A model generated the notes under the pieces. That model worked only from the letters and a program-made list of their open reading frames with translations, ran no database searches and was not told the DNA's origin. A program made the position numbers and the translations under genes. 64,000 bases of DNA from the human T2T-CHM13v2.0 reference genome, Homo sapiens, in assembly GCF_009914755.1 (NCBI RefSeq), contig NC_060937.1. The stretch is one strand, 5' to 3'. Shown piece by piece: positions 52,201-64,000 of this stretch (position 1 is its first letter; the number at the start of each line of letters is the position of its first letter).

Positions 52201-55200
52201 TTCCTGACATTCAAACGATCTGCATAATTTGTTGAGAAGGCCCTGTTGATCATACAGCATTTTTAACAGAAGTTAAAAATATATACATTCCCTTTTTAAG
52301 AATCATATATTTATAAATCATACAAAAAATGATACCTGCTAAAAGTTGAACAATTTTAGATTGCCCAAAGAATTTAAGAAGGATAGATTTGGATAGTGTA
52401 GAATAATCAGTCTTCTACTTCCTTTGTAGAAAGGAAGAAATTTCTCCACTCTAAGACTCCAGAGAATGCTTTGAAGTGTGCTACTAGGTAATGGGGAAAA
52501 TCTGGCCATAGCTTCCATTTATATAAAGAGAGTTTTTATTTTAAAAGCACTTTCACATGCATTATGTAAATATTCAGTAATGAATATTTAATCCAAAGGC
52601 ATCTGAGCCTCATCTATATTTTTATGGGGCATAATTTAAGCAACTTTTAGTCTCCCAATATCTCTGCCCTCTGAAGAACCCCACTTATAATAGCCCGTTA
52701 AAAACCAGATTTAATAAATGCCCAATATCAATTCACCTTGCATAGAAATAAAACACTTCATTCCAAATAGTTTTCATAGAGTCAGTGGGCAGCACGGTAG
52801 TGCAATGGAAACAATGCACTGCAGGACACAGAGCAACCTAGTCTGTGGGGCTAAAATTGCTCAAGATTAAAATTAAAACAATAAACTTCGGCTTAGATGT
52901 GTCTTCATTACTAAAGCATTGGGTCATTTACTTTAACAATGCCAACTTACTTTCACTCTCGCATTCCGTTTAATTAGTAAAGGAAGTAATATGCAAGAGC
53001 ACACCTCATGGTGTCCCATTACCTTGGAGAGATGTTTTTTCTATTCCTAAAAATAACATGTCCAACTCGTAAACTCTCTGTAGAATGAAAAGGTATCTCA
53101 ATGGAAAGACAACATACAAAGACCAAATTAAAATGGTTACCAACTTGTTAAAAAAATGTGCTTGGAATGAGAATAAAACACGTATGGCATACATTTTATA
53201 TGTAACTGTGTATAAAAAAATGCCTAGTCTCCAGCAGTTATATAAAAACCATGTTGTCCAGAAATACTGGCCAGATGGTGAAGGAAATCTGAAGAACAAT
53301 ACTCAGTAATTACTTCTAAATAAAAAATCATCCAAGCTTTATTATGTGTCGTTCAAATTTTCATATAATAATGTTGAAATTGTACCCTTATAAAAGGTTT
53401 CTTTAGTTATAGCATTTCTATCCTGTGATTTTCCTTGAAACTAACAGAAACAGTACATATTCAGTTTGGTAAACTGTCAGATTAGTTAATGCCAGTGGAT
53501 GGGACAATTTGGCATATATTTTACTTCCAAGTATTTTGAAATTGTAGTGGAAAGGAAATCTGACATGTATTAGATGTGTTTACCAAACCCCTGGTGTGAC
53601 CTAGCAGATTGGCAGTCATTATACAACAGTTTAAAAATAAATAATCTTAAGGGTAGTACACAATTTATTTCGGTTAACGCAATGGAGAGTTTAAACAGTA
53701 GATTGTATAAGTAGGACTTACTTGTCTTCCTTGTTTATTCAGGGGTATACTTTTCCCCCTGCCCCCGGATCATAACACAGATAGGCCCATATATATGCTA
53801 TTCACACATAGGTAATAGAGCGTTCTGTGATCACATTAAGTCAGCAAACAAGCTCTGCTACTTAGAAATTGCAATGTCCGGTCCAGTTTAGTTTTATTTC
53901 CCCCCCAACTCCCTCAGCTAGAGTCTGCTTCATGCAGGAAACCTAAGGCCAGGGATGGGGCTTGGTTGACATCCTTCTCCACTGCTTCTCCCTCAGGTTG
54001 TTAACTCCATTTCTTCTTGGCCCCTTTGTTTTTGGAGTGAAGAGCAGGGAAGAGAAATAAAGGGAACAGGAAAGCATTGGATTTGGGGCCTCATAGATGT
54101 TTAAAGCTGATCTGCCATTTGCTTTCAGTCTCTTGATGCATTTGATGCACACACTCTTCTAGTACAATTCATACCTTTTCTGTTGCTCCTGTGGGGCCAG
54201 AAATTTCTGTAGCCTTTCTTTGTAAAGTCACAAGGTGAAGCTCATTCAGACTTTTTGGTGCTTTTGACACAAACGTGGCCAGTGGAAACATGCACTCATT
54301 TTTTGCCTTTACTAACTCTGATAGTGCAGGCGGCTTGCAGAGCAGCCACCTTTCCTCAGCATGTCCTTAGCAGCATTCCAGTATCTGTGCCACACTTCTA
54401 GTTTCTCAGGTTTGATTTAAACCACTATTCATTGCATCACCACTCATCTCAAAGATCAAGAGACACATATTAAGTTCCCCAAGTATTTTCTTGAAGCCCT
54501 ACTCTTAACTTGAAAAGACAAGTGACATAAATCTCATCCCCTTCCCACTTAGTGAGAAGCTGGAGGTGGCTGGGAGAATGAACATCACACTATATCTTTA
54601 AGAAATTTTCTATCTCCAAATATGCCCCAATCTCCACCCTCTGGGTAATTTTTTTATACCCTGGATTTCAGTGAAAGTTTTAAGAGTCACCTTATTAGTT
54701 TTCAGCCTCCAACGTTTAAATTTTTATAGGGTACACTGCTCTGGAATTAACTTCTATTGTCCTCATGTCTGAGCCAAAAGTGAGAGAGGAAGAATACCAC
54801 TGTAACATCCTATTACAGGTGTTCCAGTACTTTTCTCCTTGAAGCTGTCTGCACAACACTATTATGCAGAAATTGCTTGAAAAAATGATAATACAGACTC
54901 TGATTTGCCCCACAGAGTATTAGGAAGAGAATATTTAGAAACTAATTACACACTGGCATTTTAAAAATCATCTCAATACTTAGTTTTTGGTAGATAAAGC
55001 GTAAGTACTGGCCGCAAATGCAGTCACTGCTTTAACCTCTGCATTGATGATATCCAGCTAGATCCTTCCCCTCAGTGATACAAAAATCCCAACTAACTGC
55101 ATACATTTTAATTTGTGCTAAATTTGCAAGAAAAACTTAACTTGTTTCACGTTTTTCTACATAATACTAAATTGGAAAATTGAAAGAAGAAATTAAAAAT

Positions 55201-55737
55201 ATGTCATTGCAGAAATATCTGTATTTATAGCTAATTTCCAATTTGTGTTCAGATGCTTCACACTGAATCAATACATTAGCATTTTTCTCCCCTCAAGGAT
55301 AACAAAGAGACAAAATGGCAAAATTCAAGGGAGCACTTTAGTATTTTACATCATGAGAAAAGAATTATGTTTAAATATCCCTACACAACCAGTTGAATTT
55401 TCATCATGAACCTTTGGTCAAGATTTTATATTGATTATTCACTGCTTTATTAACAGTCTGCTCAGAGATTGGAAGAGATTGTTCATTAAATGCTCTATAG
55501 GAAGTTGTATTGTTGAAGAAATACTTGAAAATTTCCAACAGTGCAGTCTCAAGGAGAAAGTAGAGGTGAGAATATCTGAAAAACGTTGTAGAAACATGAG
55601 AGAAGAGTCAGTACAGTACCTACTAGGCTTACAATGAAAACAGAAAGAAATACAAAGAAGGCAAAATCTGTAACATACTTGTGTTTTCTTCTGTACAATA
55701 AATAAATGTCATCAATGGCTATAAAATTTATAAATGT

Positions 55738-56142
<405 letters not shown>

Positions 56143-58299
56143 TTAAATTATTTTTCAGGCTAAGTTTCAAAAGGCAAAAGTGTATCACCCAGTTCTCCTG
56201 GGCAATCTGTAGGATTGTATGTTCTAATTCCTGGGCAAATCTGTAGGATTATGTTCCTGGGGAAAGCTCAGCAGTTCTAGATTATTAGAATCATCACTTC
56301 CTGAAAGGAAAAGGAAGTACTGCCTATACTGCCTGCCTTAGTCCCTAAAACAATTCTCCTTTCCGTAATTACAAGGTCAGCTACCCTTTTCTCACTCCTG
56401 AATTGCAATCTCTCTACTCAGGTCAGCCTGGCAGCAGCGGAAGCTACTATTAACTGAATGTTTATATATACTAGATAGTATATAAACTGTTTAATGTACA
56501 TTTTCTGACTAAGATCTACTTTACACTTTTAGGAGTAGGTTTTATAATTCCCATTAGTATGTAGGGAAAATCAAGAATGAGGGATTAAATTTCTTTCTCA
56601 AATTATTTCAGCTCATAAGCAAAAGATTCAACAGACAAATCAAGGTTGCATTTACTTATACGCTTTTTTGTGTTATGTGATGCTGCCTGCCTAAATGGCT
56701 TTATATAAATGTGATACTGTATAGAAGATGCTAAGCATGGTACCAGCCACATAGGCCAGAAACAGAACCTCTCCTGACTCTTGGAAATAGATTTCCTTTG
56801 TTGTTATACGGCCAAGTGACAAAAGGTTCCTGGCCTATAATCCTGCTATATTATCTTTCCCAAATAGCTTTTTGTATGTAATTTTTGCTGCCTAAGTAAA
56901 TAAGTCCATATACATATATACCTACACACACATACACATGCACAGACACATATGTAACTGACCATTTACTCTTGGTAAGCACTAAAATAAGCATATAAAT
57001 ATGATTAACACAGAATTCCTGTCTCTAAGAGCCTATGGTTTAGCTTGAAGACAAGATGGATTGCAACACAATTGGGCAAGTGCAGTGACAGAGAGATGAA
57101 AAAACAATATTTGGGTGTACAAGGATAGAATGATTTCCTCCTCTTGTCTGTAGAAATTGGAGAATGAAGAGGTGTTTTTGCACAGCAGATATTTCCTCCA
57201 TGTTGTTACTTATATCACAATCAATCACATTTATCACTCTATTTTTATTACTTGCATATCCAAGTAATCCATTCATTTAAACAGCTACACCAGTAAGCAT
57301 TCTTGCCATCTTGCAAGCATCTAATAAATAAGCCTTGAATGACTAAGCAAATGGGTGGGACTATGGCTTGGTTTTGTTTGAGAAGGGAAAGCCTGCAATC
57401 TAGTTACTAACCTTAAGAAACTTAAGAGCAAAATATAAGCAAACGAATAAAAACAATGAAATGCAGAAAGTGATAAATGTCATAAGTATGTGAAAGTGGC
57501 ACAAGAAATAGAAGTGAGTGTCCTGTTTTAAGTCACAATAGTTTTCATTGAACTGAAAGGCTGTATTAAAGTGAGCAACTCCCACTTTTACTGTTTTGAT
57601 TCTCCTCTGCTGCATAATCGATGATATAGCAAGCTTATTGTTATTCAGATAGGTACCAAAAATTAATGTTTGGAATCAGAGTCATTTCTCAAATGAGATT
57701 GAAAGAGGTTTGTAACGACCATTACCTCATCAGCATTTAGCGTCTCTTCTGAAGGACAGGAGAGTATGGAAGAGAGGAATCAGATTTAGGAAAAGTGGAG
57801 ATAAAAGAAAGGCCAAAGAAAATGAATTTTTTTCACTATACTGTGGACTTTAATGGATCTCTGTTGTCAGTCTAATTTGTAAAGATCAATGGCTTCTGTT
57901 GAACTGCAGTCTAGGCTTCCCTATCTCCTTTTAATTCATCTACTCAGCACATGCTTTCCATTTTGAAAGATAAGAGCCTGAGGGAGTTTTTAGATATTTT
58001 TACTAGTCTTTTTTTTTTCTTTGAGCTATTAAATAACCTAAAATGTATATGGCAATGAAAGCTTCTTATCAAGAAATAGAATTTGAAAGCCGTCAGTTGA
58101 AATACCGTCAAAACACAGGCAAACTACTGTTTATCAGAGTGCCTTTGTGTTTACAAGTTGCCAAACATGTGAAGTAAAAATTAGAAGTGGAGCCAAATTT
58201 TCAGAAATTTCTTAATAGCTAGCTGTAAAAACTATACCCCAACTTATTCAATTTTCACAATTTATCCAGATGGATTTTGTGTTTAAAAAAAAAAAAGCC

Positions 58300-58586
58300 A
58301 CCTGGGCGTGGTGGCTCACGCCTGTAATCCTAGCACTTTGGGAGGCTGAGGCGGGCAGATCACAAGGTCAGGAGTACAAGACCAGCCTGGCCAACATGGT
58401 GCAACCCCGTCTCTACTAAAAATACAAAAATTAGCTGAGCATGGTGGCGGGCGCCTGTAATCCCAGCTACTCGGGAGGCTAAGGCAGGAAAATCGCTTCA
58501 ACCTGGGAGGCAGAGGCTGCAGTGAGATCACGCCATTGCACTCCAGCCTGGGTAACAAAAGCAAAACTGTCTCAAAAAAAAAAAAA
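58300..58586 (+). mobile_element. AluSg-like SINE
   Basis: gatcacaaggtcaggag...ccagcctggccaacatggtg. TSD (A)n-gcc at 58285-58299 / ending 58589. Confidence 0.93.
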
Positions 58587-59559
58587 GCCTTGAAATTCTT
58601 TGTACAAACAAATTTTAGATATTTCATAGGATGCATTAGTCATAATACACGGCATAGATGATATGTGTCTTCTTTTAATAGCTCATACCTATTTATATAT
58701 TGTTTCCCTATTTCCATAAAAAGCACCTCACTCTCAAAAAGAGAGTGATATTATAAATCAGTGCTATGTTATTGAAAACTTTTAGAATATAGAATGTGTT
58801 CTAATATATGGTCACAGATACTTACTTTACACAATATTGAGAGGCACAGCTTATAATATTAACATTGAAATCCTAAACAACCTTCAAACATGGCAAGAAT
58901 CAATTACCTTTTGCATAATGTACTATGAAGGTTGAGGAAGTTGGCTAATACATTTTAAAAGAGTTTTCAATAATACATTTTGAAATCAAAGGGTTTCCTG
59001 TTTGTCTCAGTTAAACTGAAATCTAATTGACCACAATATTCCATTTCTCAAATATCTTAGTTAACTGAGATTTGCTATGTGATTTGCTTTCATAGAATTT
59101 TGGTGTCTAAAGAAAAAAATAGCATAGAGGATGAAAAAGCATGTGACATGAGTCAGGCAGACCTGGGTTTGAATGTTATCTTTGTAATGGTCCAGCCCAT
59201 TGCCACAGTATAGTAGAAAAGGATCTGAAAGAAATATGCTGAAATGTTTTACTTTCCTATAATGTTGCCTTGTAGCTGAAAAAACCCAACAGAGTTCAAC
59301 ATCTAGGGCAGTAAACCCAAAAGTGTCATTAGGAGCCACATTTACACTTTTGTTGCAAAAACTGATTGGACCCATGTCCCCTGGGCAAACAGCAAAGGTC
59401 TCCAAGACAACAAACCCAAATCAAAGCTACAATGGGACACAGGTTCATTTCCCATTCTACCCTTCATCAGTTCACATTCTGCTTTAAAAATCAACCACGA
59501 ATGAGACATATATAGATAATAAAAAAAATGAGAAAAGGATCTTAAGCACAAAACCTTTG

Positions 59560-61615
59560 AAAAGAGTAAAAATTGAAAACTAACAAATTATTTGAAAGTA
59601 TAAGAGAAGTTATAATGGGAGTGTTCAATGAAATAGTGCTCCTTAGGCTAAAAACAATTACAGAAAATATGACCTTTTAAAGTAAGCTCATAGCTCAGAG
59701 ACGAGAAAAGGAGGTTTAAGGAAGTAATTTTAAGACAAAAGGAGGTGAAATCAATCTGCAACTACTGAAACCAAAACAGAAAGATGAAACTAAAGATTTT
59801 ACAGAAATGAAAGCATCATTCAATGCCACAAAAGTACAGAAAATGACAACACGGACAAGGAAAGGTGAATCAACGTGAGGAGATTATAGCCATGAGGGAA
59901 CATCATGGTTATCAGGCAAGTTAGAAGAGAGGACGGAAAAATAGGGATCATGAAAGTAAAATAGGGATCAACGATCCTGACAGGAACATATAACAAAATT
60001 AAAGTAAATTCAGTGTATAAAGTATTCATCTTACCTGAAATTTGAAAAAGAAAAAGCTTAAATTTTCTAATTAAAAAGGGAAACAATTCCCCAAGGAGAA
60101 ATCTTATAATGAAATAATTAAGATTATTCAGGTGAAGCTATTGAATTTCAAGAGTAGAGAAGGTAAAAAAAAATTAAATTCTGGTAGAAATGGGTAGAAA
60201 TTAAGAATGACATTAGATTCTCTCATAGAGATAATCAGTAGCAGAATATACTGGAGATATATCTCAGTAGTTTGTAGATTTAAAAAATGAGTTCTTTTGT
60301 GCTCAGAAACAAAGGAAAAGAAAGGAAACTTTCTCAATATGCATAAATTGGAATGGGTGTCATTACACAGGATGATCTGCTTTTTAAAATGTCTTAGGGC
60401 TTAATTAGAAAGCTACTAACTCCAGATTATGACATCATGTAAGAAGTGGGAAAACCTTATCTACTGGAGATAGAATTTGGGATGAATGGAAGGATACCGG
60501 TTAAGGCAAAAACTATCCAGCCACCTTTAATTTTGGCGAACATTTTAGAAGCTTCTGAACACATGGACATTAGATCAAAGAAAAGAAATCTTCGAGAGAT
60601 TGGCAGAAAGTTGCTATATGATATAGGTGGACTTTTTTAATGGGTCAGTTGAGCCAAGAAACTGAATTTCCTGGGTATAACTTTTTTCAGGTGAACCTCT
60701 TTTAATTTAAATACTCAGAAGACAAAATATGAATGTACTTATTGTCTTATTAGAGTTCTAAATAAAATATTTTTATAAGTAAGTTACTGGTTTTCACCCA
60801 TGCTCTCTTAAGAGAGAAAATCATTATAAAATCATGATTTTTTTTTGTTCTATACAATAAAGTTTACTGAAACATTAAAAAAAAAACACCAGGAATAATA
60901 CACATAAGAAATAAAAACCTATGAGGGTTGGAGAAGTGTAGGAATGTTGAAGGAAGAAAACTTTCAGAAGTGGAATGGGGGAATAACTAAAAAACTTCAG
61001 CACCTAAAGAGATTATTTAAATAAAATAATCCAGAAATGGAGAAGCTGTGTTTAAAGGACTCATAAAATGACCCACGGAAGCAATTCAATTATAAAGTGG
61101 AGCTTAACATGATTGATTGGAAGTATGTTTAATAGAATAGAATGTAAATTAACAAAGGAGGAGCAGTGTGATAAAATGTGACTGTGAGAATTTTTCTAGT
61201 TTCTAAAGCCAGAAATCAATAACTACAAGATGAAATATGTAGTTAAAAGATACATGGTAACATTGGCACCACTTTCAGTAGTTTTCTTAATTTTAGAGGG
61301 ACATTTTTAAGTATAATATTGGGTGTGTGTATGGATGGGTAAACATTTAAATTCAACAATGCCTTTCCTTATACCTCATTGGTGGTAGTTGAGTTTTATT
61401 GAAATTAGTGCTTTTTATAAAATGGTGTGTAAAATATAGTCCAAATTTTATATTATCACAGCAATCTCTTTTTCTATATGTATATGTTTATAAGAAATAT
61501 TAAAAATTATGCTTAGCAGATGTTTGCCTAGGAAGTCAGATATTTTATGATAGTATTTCTATTCTTTGTATTTTTCTGAGTTCTTATAATGATCACATAT
61601 CATTTAAAGAAAAAT
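59560..61615 (+). mobile_element. Very old L1-like relic (HAL1/L1ME-like): ORF1-like region and 3' end
   Basis: A-rich strand with degenerate ORF1-like motifs (gaatttcaagagtagagaagg, agaatgacattagattctctc, tggagatatatctc) and an L1ME-type 3' end near 61500-61615. Confidence 0.45.
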
Positions 61616-63105
61616 GCTTTCATTTTAGTCTTCAAAAATATCAGCGTATTTCTTTCATCTCTAATATGCTAATATTCTGTTATTCTGTATTATCTTAAAA
61701 GAACTTTCCAAAAGTTCATAATTATCATTTGTTTAGAAATGATTTATGTCAAATTTATATTTAAATTTTGATTATATATTTGAATATATTTGATTTATAT
61801 TTGAATTTAAAATTACTTATATCCACATATTCACAGAAGTTGTTAGAACCAGACTTTTCAGAGGCTGTTCTGGAAGAAAGATAGAAATAAAACTAAACAG
61901 CAGGCTACTTTTTTCTGTTTTAACTCAAACTTTTCTACAGATATTGAAACTAAAACAATATTAAACACACATCACTACTTCACATACCTGAGTACCTAAA
62001 ATCTCTTCCTAGGCACATTCTCCAATCCATCACCACCTCTACCTGCTACATCAAGCAAGAACTATACAACATTCTTTCTCCTCATCTCTTAAAATCTCTA
62101 TTTTCTAGATGACCAAGGTTGCATCATGCTGGTATATAACCAAAATCAATATGGGCTCCACACATTCCACCTTAGACATTTTTTGCTCCATGAGTCTGAG
62201 TTGCTCTGGTGATTAAAAGCCTTTAGGTTATTTAAAACCAGAAGGGATTAATGGTGCTCTACACTCCCATGTAAATAATTACCAATGGAAAAATACTGGT
62301 CAGATTGTTGGCATGGGAGTCAGCACTCTTCCTCCCCGTTTCTTTTTCCCTTCAAGTAGGGACACATCCATTAGTATAACATTCTCAGTTCTTCTTCATC
62401 CATCCAATAACCCCTCCCTGAAAAGAAGAATGACATGTGATTAGTGAGTTTGGAAGAAAAAACTTGTCATGTAGAACACTAAGCCTTTTGTTTTTTCGTT
62501 CTTCTTGAGAGAGGCTATCTGTAGGGAAGCCTTCTGTGCTTGTCCAGAGTAGCTTCTGGCTGTGAAAGGAAGAAGTGAAGATTTCCCAGTCATTCCATTA
62601 CTGCTGGTTGAATAAGACTGTCTAACTCTGTGGTTCAATAGCAGGAAGGCCAAGAGAAGCTACTTTACAAACGAATGATTACAAGATAATGATTTGCATG
62701 TAATGCAATTATCAGTTTCTTAAAAAATCTGCTTTAGACCATTTTGAAAAAAATTGCCAACTTTTAAAATCTTTTTTTCTTAGTATCTATACATGTATAG
62801 AAATAAGCCATTTGAAATGTGTTGCTTAAATAAAATCAAAAGAAACTGCTAAAAGATTTTACTTCTTTTTTTCTGAGATTTTATGTTGAAGAAATAGCCA
62901 CATCTCTAGGAGTTAAAGACCTCTGAAAATAGGTACAGAAATAAGACTTTGGGATGTCCTGAAACTTCATTTGACCTGGGCTAGTCAGAAGTTGGAGATG
63001 CCTAGAAATGCCATCTGGTAAAAGAACTCACTGTGCTTTCACAGCAATGTGCAGTTACTGGCCTGCTACCTGACAAATGCAGAAGACAATGGATGTGAAT
63101 GGTGT

Positions 63106-63158
63106 CAGGGCAAGAGTCGTGTCCATTTTACAGGGCAAGAGTCGTGTCCATTTTACAG
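63106..63158. repeat. Perfect 25-bp tandem duplication
   Basis: cagggcaagagtcgtgtccatttta at 63106-63130 and 63131-63155, followed by cag. Confidence 0.97.
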
Positions 63159-64000
63159 CAGACTCCTGCTATATGCCTGGCGGCACTACACAAAAGTCCA
63201 GCAGATAGCTTACAAAAATTCCAATCTTCACAACAGAGCTGGGAATGGCCACAGAGGATTAAAAATAGCTTTCTTCCCTTTAGAAGATTAAAAATGAAAA
63301 GTACGATGGTCCACACGTGGCCCTCACCCTGGACAGCTATTGGAAGTAAAGCACATTTGTTAGGACTTGACGCAATGAAAGGATGTTTACTCCTGCAATG
63401 GGGAAAATACTGCTGGGCCTCCTTATCTGTGCAAATGTCTTCATATAGTTTAAGTCTTACATGTTTTATGTATATTAAAGATGTTCCTTTCCTTTGCTTT
63501 TATCTATAAGACCTTTCCATCAGTCACAGTAACTGACATTACACTAAGTTCTGCATTTTAGTTAAAAAAAAGGTAGTTACTTCCTTAAGAATAATTTTTG
63601 TAGAAGCATTTAAGGAAGAATATAAATCTTGTAAAATAGTTTACTGTGCTTTTCTCCTTAAAAGGGAGCTTCCTTCTCTATATTAAATTGACAATAAAAT
63701 GGAGAATAACTGGAGAGTAACTAACTTTAGCAAACTTGTAGTGACATTACTTTGCATCACATGCATAAATTGAGATGTAATTCCCTTCAGAATCATTAAC
63801 AGACTAGATAAAATAATAAATCATGTGTGGTGGAACCCAGTTTTACTGCAGTTCAATAATGAGCTAAAGTCATAACCTTGCACACTCCCAGCAATTGTAT
63901 TAACTATAGCAATACAAAGTCTGATATATATCATAGTCACTAGGAGTGAATTTGTCTCCTGTTTTAAAATGATGGATCTATAAAGTATTTTAAAATATAT

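Noticed and set aside
63049-63509. Overlapping 80-aa and 136-aa ORFs with a repeated GQESCPFY peptide
   Set aside because: The repeat comes from the 25-bp duplication read in shifted frames, and there is no domain similarity or exon structure.

Overview
AT-rich, CpG-depleted primate genomic DNA, probably human or ape given the AluY and L1PA4-like elements. It reads as gene desert or deep intron. I found no recognisable cellular gene, RNA gene, CpG island or prokaryotic-type system; nearly all listed ORFs are chance ORFs or Alu/L1/ERVL read-throughs. The window is a layered transposon record: eight Alus, a full-length ancient L1MA with intact target-site duplication (TSD; 16074-23296), an L1PA4-like element with a large 5' inversion (33233-36370), several L1 3' fragments, MaLR/ERVL LTRs, an ERVL gag relic, hAT and mariner MITEs, and MIR/L2 relics. 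Most interesting: (1) the inverted L1 places its antisense promoter and ORF0 in line with its own poly(A) end; (2) a fold-back, template-switch scar at 17625-17800; (3) a half-MADE1 apparently joined by microhomology; (4) a 77-bp VNTR inside MER1B; (5) several microexon-like splice-site pairs and an enhancer-like motif cluster. Repeat family names come from recalled consensus sequences, not a database run. I cannot support a new biological system from this sequence alone.
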